From the NCBI GenBank assembly GCA_016938275.1, contig JAFGUZ010000204.1:9820-73819 (forward strand): a stretch of 64,000 nucleotides of DNA, read 5' to 3'. How positions within the stretch are numbered: position 1 is the first letter of the stretch; each line of letters starts with the position of its first letter. Source of the stretch: Candidatus Delongbacteria bacterium. GTDB taxonomy: Bacteria > UBA4055. The notes below the pieces were generated by a model that worked only from the letters and a program-made list of their open reading frames with translations, searched no databases and was not told the origin of the DNA. Made by a program: the position numbers and the translations under genes. Below, one piece after another: positions 7,686-18,133 of the stretch.

Positions 7686-8732
7686 ATGAAAAAAATAAAA
7701 GTTTTAATAATAGATGACTCTGCACTAATAAGACAACTTTTAAGTCAAGGTCTAGCCTTAGATAATGAGATAGAAATAGTAGGAACAGCAATTGACCCTT
7801 ACAATGCAAGAGACAAAATTGTTGAATTACATCCCGATGTTCTTACATTAGATGTTGAAATGCCAAAAATGGATGGTGTTCAGTTCTTAAAAAAACTAAT
7901 GCCCCAATATCCGATTCCTGTTATTATGGTCAGTTCGTTAACTGAAAAGGGGAAAAAAATCACTTTAGATGCATTGGAAGCAGGTGCAATTGATTTTATA
8001 ACAAAACCTAAAGCTGATCTTGTAAACGGCATGAATAAAATGCTAAATGATTTGGTAAAAAAAATCAAAATAGCATCGACTGTCGATGTTTCCCATTGGA
8101 AGGGAAAGAAAAGAACTGTAATTAAACGCTTAGAAGCTGATAATTCCCTAGATGAATCAACACATAAAATTATAGCTATTGGTGCTTCAACAGGCGGAAC
8201 AGAGGCAATTAAACAAGTAGTAGCAAAATTTCCAGCAACTTTTCCTGGTGTGGTAATTGTTCAGCATATGCCAGCTGGGTTTACAAAAATGTTTGCAGAC
8301 AAACTAAATTCTTTATGTGCAATGGAAGTCAAGGAAGCGGAAGAAGGAGATATAATTACTCCTGGAAAAATTTTGATTGCTCCTGGAGATCATCATCTTG
8401 AAGTGAAGCGTTCTGGTGGATTGTATAGAGCAATTCTTCATAAAAAAGATAAAGTTTCAGGTCATCGTCCAAGTGTAGATGTTCTTTTCAAATCTGTTGC
8501 AGAACATGTTGGTAAAAATGCTATTGGTGTCATATTAACTGGAATGGGTCGTGACGGAGCAGATAATTTACTTACAATGCGAGATGCTGGTGCTAGGACT
8601 ATAGCACAAGATGAAAAAACATCTGTTGTTTACGGAATGCCTAGAGAAGCAACAATCAATGGTGGTGCTGAATATTCTTTACCAATTGATAAAATTGCAG
8701 AAAAAGTAAAATGCTTATTGAGTAAGATTTAA
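7686..8732 (+). CDS. cheB: Protein-glutamate methylesterase CheB (receiver plus methylesterase)
   Basis: Receiver domain VLIIDDSALIR...DVLTLDVEMPKMDG. Esterase motifs GASTGG, GHRPSVD and GMGRDGA. Confidence 0.9.
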   Translation: MKKIKVLIIDDSALIRQLLSQGLALDNEIEIVGTAIDPYNARDKIVELHPDVLTLDVEMPKMDGVQFLKKLMPQYPIPVIMVSSLTEKGKKITLDALEAGAIDFITKPKADLVNGMNKMLNDLVKKIKIASTVDVSHWKGKKRTVIKRLEADNSLDESTHKIIAIGASTGGTEAIKQVVAKFPATFPGVVIVQHMPAGFTKMFADKLNSLCAMEVKEAEEGDIITPGKILIAPGDHHLEVKRSGGLYRAILHKKDKVSGHRPSVDVLFKSVAEHVGKNAIGVILTGMGRDGADNLLTMRDAGARTIAQDEKTSVVYGMPREATINGGAEYSLPIDKIAEKVKCLLSKI

Positions 8733-9325
8733 AATTTCTTCATCAATAATTCTATTACTAAATTAGCTTGCATATTGGCAACAATATGGATTCTAGGACA
8801 ACATAGTCCTTCACTCATATCGGTAGTCTGATCACCACAAACATATAAATTAGCAATTTTTTTTATCTTCAATTCTTCAAATTGACCGTAGCCAGAAATA
8901 CCACTACCTGAAATAACTGGAGTATCACTAAAATTCATGAAATATTCAATAATCGTTTTTTTTGTTTCAGCTAAATCTACAGCTTCAACTATAATATCAC
9001 AATTGTCAAATAAACCAGTAATGTTATCAGAATCTATTTTTAAAAGAATTTTATTAAGTGAAATATTTAGATTAATTCCCTTAAGATACTTCTCGATTGC
9101 ATTTACTTTATATAATCCAATATCATCTAAAAAAAAATGTTGTCTATTTAAGTTTGTAGCTTCAACCTTATCGAAATCACAAATAGTAAAATTTTCAACA
9201 CCTGATCTCGCTAGAGATATAGCAACGTTTGATCCTAGTCCTCCACATCCTATAATTCCTACTCTAATCTTGCATAACTTTTCGTATAATCCATTTACAT
9301 TTCTATTAAATTGAACAGGTATCAT
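8729..9325 (-). CDS. ThiF/MoeB/HesA-family E1-like adenylyltransferase (short ThiF type)
   Basis: Nucleotide-binding fold IGCGGLGSNVAISLARSGV..FTICDFDKVEATNLNRQ. Its start overlaps the xseB stop. Confidence 0.7.
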   Translation of the reverse strand: MIPVQFNRNVNGLYEKLCKIRVGIIGCGGLGSNVAISLARSGVENFTICDFDKVEATNLNRQHFFLDDIGLYKVNAIEKYLKGINLNISLNKILLKIDSDNITGLFDNCDIIVEAVDLAETKKTIIEYFMNFSDTPVISGSGISGYGQFEELKIKKIANLYVCGDQTTDMSEGLCCPRIHIVANMQANLVIELLMKKF

Positions 9326-9516
9326 AAATTCGTAATTTCTCCATTTTCTTTAATTTTCATTAGTTTTCCTTCTGCATTACTGATCTTCTCTTTACAAAGT
9401 TTAAGTAACATTTGTCCCTCTTCATACATTTTCAATGTATCATCTAAATCTATATCCCCTTTTTCCATTTTCTCAATAATTTCGGTCAATCTCTTTACAG
9501 CTTCTTCATATTTCAT
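9322..9516 (-). CDS. xseB: Exodeoxyribonuclease VII small subunit
   Basis: 64 aa. YEEAVKRLTEIIEKMEKGDIDLDDTLKMYEEGQMLLKLCKEKI is the typical XseB helical hairpin. Confidence 0.8.
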   Translation of the reverse strand: MKYEEAVKRLTEIIEKMEKGDIDLDDTLKMYEEGQMLLKLCKEKISNAEGKLMKIKENGEITNL

Positions 9517-9528
9517 ATTTCACTCCAT

Positions 9529-9558
9529 AAAAAAAAGAGCGGTAAACCGCTCTTTTTA
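9529..9558 (-). terminator. Rho-independent terminator after rplQ (A-run/T-run on both sides, potentially bidirectional)
   Basis: Stem agagcgg (9536-9542) pairs with ccgctct (9547-9553) across loop taaa. It is flanked by A7 upstream and T-runs on both strands. Confidence 0.75.
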
Positions 9559-9574
9559 TCTATTTTTAAACAGA

Positions 9575-9961
9575 TTAAGCTTCAGTACTTTCAGCTTTTT
9601 TATTTTCAAAACCTACTAATTGGATAACCGCAGTCTCTGCAGCATCACCTTTTCTGAAACCAGTTCTCACAACTCTTGTATATCCACCATTTCTATCAGC
9701 ATAAACAGGTGCAATTTCTTTGAAAAGAATTCTTGCAATATCTTTATCCTTTAGAAACTTTAAAGATTGTCTTAATGAATTCAAATCACCTTTTTTACCA
9801 AGAGTAATTAACTTCTCTGCAAATCTTCTAGTCTCTTTAGCTTTTACAACAGTTGTAGTAATGCTTTTATGTTCGAATAATGATGCGCATAGATTGCCGA
9901 ACATAGATTTTCTGTGGCTTGCAGTTCTGCTTAATTTTTTTCCTTTAACTCCGTGGCGCAT
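9575..9961 (-). CDS. rplQ: 50S ribosomal protein L17
   Basis: MRHGVKGKKLSRTASHRKSM...GGYTRV; last gene of the alpha operon. Confidence 0.95.
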   Translation of the reverse strand: MRHGVKGKKLSRTASHRKSMFGNLCASLFEHKSITTTVVKAKETRRFAEKLITLGKKGDLNSLRQSLKFLKDKDIARILFKEIAPVYADRNGGYTRVVRTGFRKGDAAETAVIQLVGFENKKAESTEA

Positions 9962-9976
9962 ACTTAATCCTTAAAC

Positions 9977-10981
9977 TTACTTTTTCTTATTATTACCATT
10001 TGTATCATTAAGGAATTTTTCGATATCCATTCCGAAATCAAGACCTCTTTCTCTGAGAACTTTGGTCAACTCAGCCAATGACTTCTTACCAAAGTTTCTG
10101 AACCTTAACATTTCACTTTCTTTTTTCTTAACAAGATCGCCAATTGTTTTAACTTTAGCATCGTTAAGACAGTTGTATGACCTTACAGACAACTCAAGAT
10201 CCTCAATAGGCATCTTAAGAAGATTTTTCTTGTACTGTAGTTCAGGATCTTCTTCTTCGGAATGCTCTTTATCCTCAACAACTTCAAATTTGATAAATAA
10301 ACCGATATGATCTGTCAATATTTGACCTGCAAAAGTAACAGCTTCTTCTGGAGTAACAGATGAGTCTGTTGTTATTTCCATTACCAATTTCTCATAGTCA
10401 GTTCTATCACCAACCCTAGTATTTTCGATAATATAATTTACTTTTGTTACAGGAGAGAAAATACAATCAATAGGTATTGTACCAATTGGATCTTCGTCAC
10501 TTCTGTTCTCTTCAGCACTTACGTAGCCACGACCCAATTTAATATTCAATTCCATACTGAATTCAGCATCTTCATTCAAATTAGCTATTACAGCTTCAGG
10601 ATTATATACTACAACTTCACCATTAGAAGCATCTTCTATATCTTTAGCTGTAAATTGACCTTTACCCTTAAAGTTAAGGGTTACTTTAGCTGATTTACCT
10701 TCAGTTAGCTTCAATTTAACTTGCTTAAGATTTAGAATTATCAAGGCCACATCTTCTACGACACCTTCGATTGTCATAAATTCGTGTTGAACACCTTCGA
10801 TCTTAACACTGTAGATTGCTGCTCCCTGAATGGATGATAAAAGAACCCTTTTCATAGCATGACCAATGGTAACACCAAATCCTCTTCTTAAAGGAGAAAG
10901 CTCAAATTTACCAAAGCTTCTACTATAACTACTTTTATCCAATTTTAGTTCTTCAGGCACTTTGAAGGGTAAAACTATCAT
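9977..10981 (-). CDS. rpoA: DNA-directed RNA polymerase alpha subunit
   Basis: 334 aa. The N-terminal assembly domain has GHAMKRVLLSS and the C-terminal domain has ELSVRSYNCLNDAKVKTIGDL. Confidence 0.95.
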   Translation of the reverse strand: MIVLPFKVPEELKLDKSSYSRSFGKFELSPLRRGFGVTIGHAMKRVLLSSIQGAAIYSVKIEGVQHEFMTIEGVVEDVALIILNLKQVKLKLTEGKSAKVTLNFKGKGQFTAKDIEDASNGEVVVYNPEAVIANLNEDAEFSMELNIKLGRGYVSAEENRSDEDPIGTIPIDCIFSPVTKVNYIIENTRVGDRTDYEKLVMEITTDSSVTPEEAVTFAGQILTDHIGLFIKFEVVEDKEHSEEEDPELQYKKNLLKMPIEDLELSVRSYNCLNDAKVKTIGDLVKKKESEMLRFRNFGKKSLAELTKVLRERGLDFGMDIEKFLNDTNGNNKKK

Positions 10982-11001
10982 AATTTAACACCTTTATTTC
11001 A

Positions 11002-11619
11002 TTACTTAGAGTAAAGCTCGATAATTAACTGCTCATTAATTTTCACTGGAATTTCTTCTCTTCTAGGCTTTTCAGTAAGTTCTCCAACCATATTAGCTTT
11101 GTCAAGTCTTAAGTATGGTAGTGGAGCTTCGCTGATATTTTTCATGCTTTCGTGAATGAATTCCAATTTTTTTGATCTCTCTCTTAGAGCTATTTTATCC
11201 CCAGGTTTTACTGTAAACGAAGGAATATTTACATTAGTTCCATTAACCATAACATGCTTATGTGAAACCATCTGTCTAGCAGCTCTTTGACTTGGTGCAA
11301 AACCAAGTCTGTGTACAAGAGTATCTAATCTACATTCAAGTCTTATGATAAGGTTTTCACCAGTAATACCAGTGTCTTTTTTAGCTTTATCATAAACTGA
11401 TCTAAATTGTTTCTCTAAAAGACCGTAAACATATTTCGCTTTTTGCTTTTCTCTTAGTTGGATAGCATACTCACTCAATTTACCTCTTTTACTCATAGGT
11501 CCATGCTGACCTGGCTTGTATGGTTTTCTCTGCAGAATTCTATCGAATTTCGGCAACCCGAATAAGTTCTCTCCGTATTTTCTACAAATTTTACCTCTTG
11601 GAGTAAAATCTCTTGCCAT
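11002..11619 (-). CDS. rpsD: 30S ribosomal protein S4
   Basis: 205 aa with an S4 RNA-binding domain (LDTLVHRLGFAPSQRAARQMVSHKHVMVNG). Confidence 0.95.
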   Translation of the reverse strand: MARDFTPRGKICRKYGENLFGLPKFDRILQRKPYKPGQHGPMSKRGKLSEYAIQLREKQKAKYVYGLLEKQFRSVYDKAKKDTGITGENLIIRLECRLDTLVHRLGFAPSQRAARQMVSHKHVMVNGTNVNIPSFTVKPGDKIALRERSKKLEFIHESMKNISEAPLPYLRLDKANMVGELTEKPRREEIPVKINEQLIIELYSK

Positions 11620-11636
11620 TCATAAACTCCGTAATG

Positions 11637-12026
11637 TTATATTCTTCTTGCTTTTTTAGGTCTGCATCCATTGTGAGGAACCGGCGTAATATCTTTAATC
11701 GACATAATTTCGATACCGGCAGCATTAAGTGCTCTGATAGCTGATTCTCTACCAGCTCCAGGTCCTTTAACAATGACATGAACTTTTTTCAGACCAAGAC
11801 CCATAGCTTCTTTTGCTATTGAATCCATTGCAGTTGAAGATGCAAAGGCAGTATTTTTCTTAGAACCTTTGTTACCAACCTTTCCACCACTTGACCAGTT
11901 GATTACATTACCATAATTGTCAGTAAGGCAAACAATAGTATTATTAAAAGTAGCTTTAATGTGTGCAACACCTACTGATTCTACTTTTTCCTTTTTCTTC
12001 AGCTTTTTCTTTCTTGTTACAGCCAA
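11637..12026 (-). CDS. rpsK: 30S ribosomal protein S11
   Basis: [14 protein letters not shown]...GSKKNTAFA...RPKKARRI; TTG start. Confidence 0.95.
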   Translation of the reverse strand: MAVTRKKKLKKKEKVESVGVAHIKATFNNTIVCLTDNYGNVINWSSGGKVGNKGSKKNTAFASSTAMDSIAKEAMGLGLKKVHVIVKGPGAGRESAIRALNAAGIEIMSIKDITPVPHNGCRPKKARRI

Positions 12027-12053
12027 AGGAATCCTCCTTAAATTAAAAAAATT

Positions 12054-12422
12054 CTACTTTTTATTTTTAATAGCAGCTTTTTTCTTTCCTTTACGTGTAC
12101 GGGCATTAGTTTTAGTTCTCTGTCCATTAACAGGTAAACTTTTTCTGTGTCTAATACCTCTGTAGCATCCTAAGTCCATCAATCTCTTGATAGCAAGCTT
12201 AATTTCAGTTCTAAGATCACCCTCGATCACATATTCATTAACGACTACTTTTCTGATGTCGTCTAATTCTTGTTCTGTAAGATCCTTAATCTTTTTATCA
12301 AGGTCAACCTTAACTTTTCCAAGAATCTCTTTTGATCTTGAACGTCCTACTCCATAGATATAGGTCAATCCAATTTCAACTCTTTTATTTCTTGGTAAGT
12401 CAACACCTGCAATACGTGCCAA
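12054..12422 (-). CDS. rpsM: 30S ribosomal protein S13
   Basis: (M)[23 protein letters not shown]; TTG start preceded by GGGGG. Confidence 0.95.
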   Translation of the reverse strand: MARIAGVDLPRNKRVEIGLTYIYGVGRSRSKEILGKVKVDLDKKIKDLTEQELDDIRKVVVNEYVIEGDLRTEIKLAIKRLMDLGCYRGIRHRKSLPVNGQRTKTNARTRKGKKKAAIKNKK

Positions 12423-12432
12423 ATTTGCCCCC

Positions 12433-12546
12433 TTAGCCTTGTCTTTGCTTATGCTTTTTAATTGTACAAATAACTCTTACCACACCGTTTCTCTTGATAA
12501 TTTTGCAATTTTCACAGATCTTTTTTACCGAAGCTCTAACTTTCAT
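12433..12546 (-). CDS. rpmJ: 50S ribosomal protein L36 (zinc-ribbon form)
   Basis: Below the ORF-track size cutoff. Reverse translation gives [37 protein letters not shown], at the canonical position between infA and rpsM. Confidence 0.9.
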   Translation of the reverse strand: MKVRASVKKICENCKIIKRNGVVRVICTIKKHKQRQG

Positions 12547-12560
12547 CTAAAAACTCCTGG

Positions 12561-12779
12561 TTATCTATTCCTGTAAATGATTCTGCCTTTAGTCAAATCA
12601 TAAGGCGAAAGTTCAACTTTAACCCTGTCGCCAGGAACCATTTTTATATAGTGCATTCTCATTTTACCGGAGACATGGGCATTAATAACATGGCCATTTT
12701 CCAGTTCTACTTTGAAGGTAGCGTTTGGAAATATCTCTTTAATTACGCCTTCAGCTTCAATAGTATTACTTTTTGCCAT
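12561..12779 (-). CDS. infA: Translation initiation factor IF-1
   Basis: 72 aa; [44 protein letters not shown]. Confidence 0.95.
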   Translation of the reverse strand: MAKSNTIEAEGVIKEIFPNATFKVELENGHVINAHVSGKMRMHYIKMVPGDRVKVELSPYDLTKGRIIYRNR

Positions 12780-12787
12780 AATTTTCC

Positions 12788-13423
12788 CTACTTAATAATT
12801 TCACAGATTTCTTCGTAAATTACGGAGATCTCTCTGTCACCGTCAACATTTTTCAAATTACCTACTTTTTCATAGTACGTAATAAGAGGCTCAGTTGATT
12901 TTTTATAGACTTCTAACCTATTGGATATAGTCTCTTCATTATCATCTGGTCTCTGAATAATCTTTCCACCACATTTTTCACAGTCATCAGACTTTGGAGG
13001 ATTAGTTATCATATTGTAGTCTTGACCACAATTCTGACATAATCTTCTAGCTGTTAATCTGGAAGTTATCTTTTCGAAAGGTACGACTATGTTCAAAACA
13101 TAATCTAACTTAGTACCTAGATTCTTTAACAATTTATCTAAAGACTCAGCTTGAGCGATATTTCTTGGAAAACCATCAAATATAACTCCATTTTTACAAT
13201 CATCAGAAGATAATCTGTCATTTATAATTGCCATTATAATCTCATCAGGTACTAACTCACCACGTTTCATGAATTCAGATGCTTTTTTACCTGATTCAGT
13301 TCCAGCTTTGATTGCATTTCTTAAAAGATCTCCAGTAGATACTTGGATCAATCCTTTTGATTCAAGCAATTTTGCTTGGCTACCTTTCCCAGCACCTGGT
13401 GCACCTAAAAGAAGCAGATTCAT
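12788..13423 (-). CDS. adk: Adenylate kinase (zinc-lid type)
   Basis: P-loop [11 protein letters not shown]. The lid has CQNCG...CEKCGG. Confidence 0.95.
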   Translation of the reverse strand: MNLLLLGAPGAGKGSQAKLLESKGLIQVSTGDLLRNAIKAGTESGKKASEFMKRGELVPDEIIMAIINDRLSSDDCKNGVIFDGFPRNIAQAESLDKLLKNLGTKLDYVLNIVVPFEKITSRLTARRLCQNCGQDYNMITNPPKSDDCEKCGGKIIQRPDDNEETISNRLEVYKKSTEPLITYYEKVGNLKNVDGDREISVIYEEICEIIK

Positions 13424-14748
13424 TAAGATCTCCTTCCTTGAAGTTTTCCAGTAGATAAAAATCCGTCATAATGATGCATAAGAAGATACGACTCTATCTT
13501 AGCTAATGTATCTAAAGCAACACCAACGATAATGATTAGACCAGTACCGCCAAAGAATGAAGCTAAATTATAAGATACACCTGGAAAGAAATTAACCACA
13601 AGATTTGGCATAATTGCTATCACTGCTAAAAATAGAGAACCTGGTAATGTTATTCTGCTTACAACAAAATCTAAATAATCAGATGTTTCTTTTCCGGGTT
13701 TTAAACCTGGTATAAAACCATTACCTTGTTTTAGATTATTACTAATATCCTCTGTATTGAAAGCAATAGCTGTATAAAAGTAAGTAAAGAATACAATTAC
13801 AAGAACGTATATTGCCATATAAGAATAGCTGTGATATGCGAAAATATTTAAAATAAATTCACGTACAGGACTTTCTTCTGGCATTAACTGAGCCATTGTA
13901 CTTGGTACAAACATTATTGATTGAGCAAAAATAATAGGCATTACACCTGCGATATTCAATTTAATTGGTAGAAAAGATGCCTGACCACCTTGTACTCTAC
14001 CAGCAATTTGTCTTTTTGCATAGTGAACACTAATTTTTCTCAATGCTTGAGTTAAAGCTACTACAGCAGCAATCGCACCAAGCATACCTACCCAAAGTAG
14101 GATCTCAATAATTATCTCTCTATTATTATTCTGTAATTGAACAACTTCCTCTAGTACAGCTTGTGGAAATCTTGCCACAATACCAAGAGTAATGATCAGG
14201 GATATTCCCTGACCAATACCCTTCAAAGTGATCTGTTCACCAAGCCACATCATAATTACAGTACCTGTAGACAAGATTAACATTGTCATAATCTGAAAGA
14301 AGAGACCAGGATTAGGTACTACCATAACTCCTGAAGAATTCATACTCACCAACAATACAGAAACTCCATAAGCTTGAGCTGCAGATAAAAGTACTGTTCC
14401 ATATCTGGTGTATTGAGTAATCTTTTTTCTTCCCTCTTCATCTTTTTGCATTTTTGCAATAGTTGGAAACACCGTTCCTAATAATTGTATTATAATGGAA
14501 GCAGAGATGTAGGGCATAATCCCCAATGCAAAAATTGCTGCATTTGAGAAAGCTCCTCCAGTAAACATATCAAACATACCAAACAACGAATTTTGAGCTT
14601 GGCTGAAATGATAACTTAAAGCTGTTACATCTATCCCCGGCAACGGGATATGTACACCAACCCTACAGATGAAAAGGATTAAAAGAGTAAATATAATCTT
14701 TTTTCTTAGTTCAGGTATCTTGAATACGGTCTGTAATTTTTCGATCAT
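13423..14748 (-). CDS. secY: Preprotein translocase subunit SecY
   Basis: 441-aa polytopic membrane protein at the canonical position between rplO and adk. Confidence 0.95.
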   Translation of the reverse strand: MIEKLQTVFKIPELRKKIIFTLLILFICRVGVHIPLPGIDVTALSYHFSQAQNSLFGMFDMFTGGAFSNAAIFALGIMPYISASIIIQLLGTVFPTIAKMQKDEEGRKKITQYTRYGTVLLSAAQAYGVSVLLVSMNSSGVMVVPNPGLFFQIMTMLILSTGTVIMMWLGEQITLKGIGQGISLIITLGIVARFPQAVLEEVVQLQNNNREIIIEILLWVGMLGAIAAVVALTQALRKISVHYAKRQIAGRVQGGQASFLPIKLNIAGVMPIIFAQSIMFVPSTMAQLMPEESPVREFILNIFAYHSYSYMAIYVLVIVFFTYFYTAIAFNTEDISNNLKQGNGFIPGLKPGKETSDYLDFVVSRITLPGSLFLAVIAIMPNLVVNFFPGVSYNLASFFGGTGLIIIVGVALDTLAKIESYLLMHHYDGFLSTGKLQGRRS

Positions 14749-15179
14749 AATTCTACAACTTTTCCGTTAGCTTGACTGATTTTATCCACTGCACTTTTTG
14801 TGAAAGCGTGTGCGTGAACTTCTTTGGCCTTATTAATCTCTCCATTACCAAGAATTTTTACTTTTCTGTTAATGTTGATCAGACCTTTACTTTTTAAAAC
14901 TTCTGGAGTTATAACATCTTCTTCAAGTCTATTCAACACTTCAATGTTAATTTCATTGTATTGAATCTTAAAGATATTGTTAAATCCAACTTTTGGAAGC
15001 CTTCTTGTCATAGGTGTTTGACCACCCTCATGATACATCTTCCTGCTGTAACCAGATCTTGATTTTTGACCTTTCTCACCACGACCACTAGTTTTACCCT
15101 TTGATCCTGGTCCACGTCCAACTCTGGTTTTAGCCTTATGTTGCCCCTCATTCGGAGCTAGCTCATTGATTTTAATCAT
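14745..15179 (-). CDS. rplO: 50S ribosomal protein L15
   Basis: GRGPGSKGKTSGRGEKGQKSRSG. Confidence 0.95.
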   Translation of the reverse strand: MIKINELAPNEGQHKAKTRVGRGPGSKGKTSGRGEKGQKSRSGYSRKMYHEGGQTPMTRRLPKVGFNNIFKIQYNEINIEVLNRLEEDVITPEVLKSKGLININRKVKILGNGEINKAKEVHAHAFTKSAVDKISQANGKVVEL

Positions 15180-15192
15180 CGATGTAAATCCC

Positions 15193-15378
15193 TTAAACTT
15201 CTTCTACACAGACAAGGTGTTTTACTTTGAAAATCATACCTCTAATCTGAGGGCAATCTTTGTGTTCTTTAACTTGTTGCATTTTTCTAAGACCTAGAGC
15301 AAAAAGATTACTTTTAATTTTTGCTTTTGATCCTATCATACTTTTAACAAGCTTTACTTTTAACATCTTTTCAGACAT
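15193..15378 (-). CDS. rpmD: 50S ribosomal protein L30
   Basis: 61 aa; LKVKLVKSMIGSKAKIKSNLFALGLRK. Confidence 0.9.
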   Translation of the reverse strand: MSEKMLKVKLVKSMIGSKAKIKSNLFALGLRKMQQVKEHKDCPQIRGMIFKVKHLVCVEEV

Positions 15379-15400
15379 TTGATCCTCATTTCAACTTTTA

Positions 15401-15907
15401 TTAGTTGTAAAGTTTTTCTCTTGAGATTCCTCTTGATTTTAGGAATTCATTTTCACTTTTGATGCTCTTTAAACCTTCAATAGTCGCCTTAACAATATTG
15501 TGGGCGTTGGAACTTCCTTTAGATTTTGAAAGGATATTGTGATATCCCGCACATTCTAAAACCGCTCTTACAACCCCACCGGCAATAATACCAGTACCAG
15601 CTGCAGCAGGTTTAAGAAGAACTTTTGCTGCTCCAAATTTAGCTTCAATTTCATGAGGTACAGTTTGAGCGGAAGTAAAATTTACACTTATTAAATTTTT
15701 CTTAGCTTCTTCAATACCTTTTGCAATTGCATCAGTTACTTCAAGTGCTTTCCCTAGTCCATGACCAACACGTCCGTTTCCATCACCAACAACTACAATC
15801 GCATTAAAACTGAAGTTTTTACCACCTTTTACAACTTTTGTAACACGGTTCAGTTTAACAACTTTTTCTATGAACTGAGGAGCATCATCTTTTACAATTT
15901 TTGCCAA
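15401..15907 (-). CDS. rpsE: 30S ribosomal protein S5
   Basis: [36 protein letters not shown]; TTG start. Confidence 0.95.
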   Translation of the reverse strand: MAKIVKDDAPQFIEKVVKLNRVTKVVKGGKNFSFNAIVVVGDGNGRVGHGLGKALEVTDAIAKGIEEAKKNLISVNFTSAQTVPHEIEAKFGAAKVLLKPAAAGTGIIAGGVVRAVLECAGYHNILSKSKGSSNAHNIVKATIEGLKSIKSENEFLKSRGISREKLYN

Positions 15908-15931
15908 AATAGTCCTCTACCAATAATTTTT

Positions 15932-16318
15932 TTAGAATTTAAGTCCACCTTTTCTTGCACCTTCTGCAAGAGCTTTTACTCTACCATGGTATAGGTAACC
16001 ATTACGATCAAATACAATGGCACTAATATTTGCTGCAAGTGCCTTCTTAGCAAGTTCTTCACCTATCAAAGTAGCAATATCAGTTTTAGTCTTAATATTT
16101 TCGTTAGAATCTATCATTGACTTAATTTCTTTCATATTGCTATTGCAACTTACGATAGTGTTACCATCATTGTCATTTATGATCTGAGCATAGATGTGAC
16201 AATTTGATCTAAAAACACTTAGTCTTGGCATCTCTGCCACACCAAATAAGTTTCTACGAACGTGCTTTTTTCTTCTTATTCTTGCAGCTACTTTTTTAAG
16301 TTTAGGTTTTTTGTTCAT
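15932..16318 (-). CDS. rplR: 50S ribosomal protein L18
   Basis: RLSVFRSNCHIYAQIINDNDGNTIV...FDRNGYLYHGRVKALAEGARKGGLKF. Confidence 0.95.
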   Translation of the reverse strand: MNKKPKLKKVAARIRRKKHVRRNLFGVAEMPRLSVFRSNCHIYAQIINDNDGNTIVSCNSNMKEIKSMIDSNENIKTKTDIATLIGEELAKKALAANISAIVFDRNGYLYHGRVKALAEGARKGGLKF

Positions 16319-16361
16319 TTAATAACCTCAAATCCTCATCGAACTTTTTATTGACGCTGCA

Positions 16362-16916
16362 TTACTTCTTCTTAGCAGCTTTACCAGCTTTTCTTATAAT
16401 TCTTTCATCTTTATATCTTAGACCTTTACCTTTGTAAGGTTCTGGTTTTCTAAGACTTCTGATTTTAGAAGCAAACATACCAAGCAATTCTTTATTGATA
16501 CCGCTTAACTTCAAAGATGAAGTATTACTTACCGGTTGAGTTGCTTCAGCTGTGATTCCTTGTGGAATCATAACATAAATAGGGTGTGAATAGCCAAGAG
16601 AAAGTATCAAATAATTACCGGATACTTCCATTTTGTAACCAACTCCATGAAGAATAAGTTCTTTTACAAAACCTTCAGAAACCCCTGTTACTATATTGCT
16701 AATTAAAGCTCTTGTAGTACCATGTATGGCTTTGGAAAATTTTTCTTCATTTTTTCTGGCAACAATTATTTCTTCATTTTCTACGTTTATAGTAACGTAG
16801 TCGGTAAATGCCATACCTAAAGTTCCTTTTGGTCCTTTTGCAGAGATATGATTTCCCGTAATTTCAACTGTAACTCCTTTAGGGATGCTTACAGGTTTTT
16901 TTCCTATTCTTGACAC
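16362..16916 (-). CDS. rplF: 50S ribosomal protein L6
   Basis: (M)SRIGKKPVSIPKGVTV...PEPYKGKGLRYKDE; GTG start. Confidence 0.95.
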   Translation of the reverse strand: MSRIGKKPVSIPKGVTVEITGNHISAKGPKGTLGMAFTDYVTINVENEEIIVARKNEEKFSKAIHGTTRALISNIVTGVSEGFVKELILHGVGYKMEVSGNYLILSLGYSHPIYVMIPQGITAEATQPVSNTSSLKLSGINKELLGMFASKIRSLRKPEPYKGKGLRYKDERIIRKAGKAAKKK

Positions 16917-16932
16917 GTGAAACTCCTAATTA

Positions 16933-17331
16933 TTACCAAACACTACAAAGTACTTCACCACCAACATTCATCTTTTTCGCAGTTTTGTTACTGATAACAC
17001 CTTTTGATGTTGTCATAATAGCGATACCGAAGTTGTTTTTCACTCTTGGCAGCTTGTCAACACTTGCGTAAACTCTCAAACCTGGCTTACTAACACGTTT
17101 AATCTCGTTAATAACGCTGTTTCCATACACATCATATTTTAGATAAACCCTTAAGATACCTTGTTTTGTGTCTCTAATGTTGTAGTATTTTTCAACATAA
17201 GCTTCGTCAAGTAATATCTTAACAATTTTTCTTTTTAAATTTGATGCCGGAATATCAACATATTTATGTTTTGCTTTTGCAGCGTTTCTGATTCTGGTTA
17301 ACAAGTCGGCAACTGGATCAGTCATCGTCAT
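16933..17331 (-). CDS. rpsH: 30S ribosomal protein S8
   Basis: DPVADLLTRIRNA...GGEVLCSVW. Confidence 0.95.
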   Translation of the reverse strand: MTMTDPVADLLTRIRNAAKAKHKYVDIPASNLKRKIVKILLDEAYVEKYYNIRDTKQGILRVYLKYDVYGNSVINEIKRVSKPGLRVYASVDKLPRVKNNFGIAIMTTSKGVISNKTAKKMNVGGEVLCSVW

Positions 17332-17365
17332 ACTTGTAATTCTCCTTAAGTGAATAAAATAAATA

Positions 17366-17551
17366 CTACCAACTAGCTTTTCTTACACCAGTTAATTCTC
17401 CAGCAGCAGCCAATTGTCTGAAACAAATTCTGCAGATACCAAACTCATTCATGTAACCTCTAGGTCTTCCGCATCTGTTACATCTGTTATACTGACGTAC
17501 CTGGAACTTGTTAATTTTTTTAGCTTTGGCTACCATAGACTTTTTTGCCAT
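17366..17551 (-). CDS. rpsN: 30S ribosomal protein S14, type Z (zinc form)
   Basis: 61 aa with CNRCGRP...CRICFR. Confidence 0.95.
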   Translation of the reverse strand: MAKKSMVAKAKKINKFQVRQYNRCNRCGRPRGYMNEFGICRICFRQLAAAGELTGVRKASW

Positions 17552-17569
17552 GTGCTATTTCCTCTTACC

Positions 17570-18109
17570 TTATTTTTTAAACGGGAAGTCCAATTCTTTT
17601 AAAAGTGCGATTCCCTCTTCATCTGTGTTAGCAGATGTCACAATAGTGATATTGAGTCCATTAGCCTTAATTACACTGTCGAATTTGATTTCAGGGAAAA
17701 CAGTCTGTTCTTTGATACCAAAATTAAAATTTCCTCTTCCATCAAATGATTTTGTAGACATACCGCTAAAGTCTCTGATACGAGGCATAACTATCGTTAC
17801 AAGTCTTTCGTAAAACTCGTACATTTTTTCATCACGAAGAGTTACGTAAGCACCTATTTTCATCCCTTGTCTTAGCTTGAAGTTAGACACAGATCTTTTA
17901 GCTTTAGCTGTTGCAGGCTTCTGACCGCTCATCAAACCCAACTCTTCTACTGCAGCGTCAAGAATTTTTGAGTCTTTGATCGCATCTCCCAACCCCATAT
18001 TGAGAACTATCTTCTCAATTTTTGGTACTTGCATAATAGATGAGTAGTTGAATTTTTCTTTCAGATTGGATCTAACCTCTTCAAGATATTTCTTTTTAAC
18101 TCTTTGCAT
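17570..18109 (-). CDS. rplE: 50S ribosomal protein L5
   Basis: 179 aa; [16 protein letters not shown]...[16 protein letters not shown]. Confidence 0.95.
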   Translation of the reverse strand: MQRVKKKYLEEVRSNLKEKFNYSSIMQVPKIEKIVLNMGLGDAIKDSKILDAAVEELGLMSGQKPATAKAKRSVSNFKLRQGMKIGAYVTLRDEKMYEFYERLVTIVMPRIRDFSGMSTKSFDGRGNFNFGIKEQTVFPEIKFDSVIKANGLNITIVTSANTDEEGIALLKELDFPFKK

Positions 18110-18133
18110 TTTTTTACCCTTTTTCTACAACAT

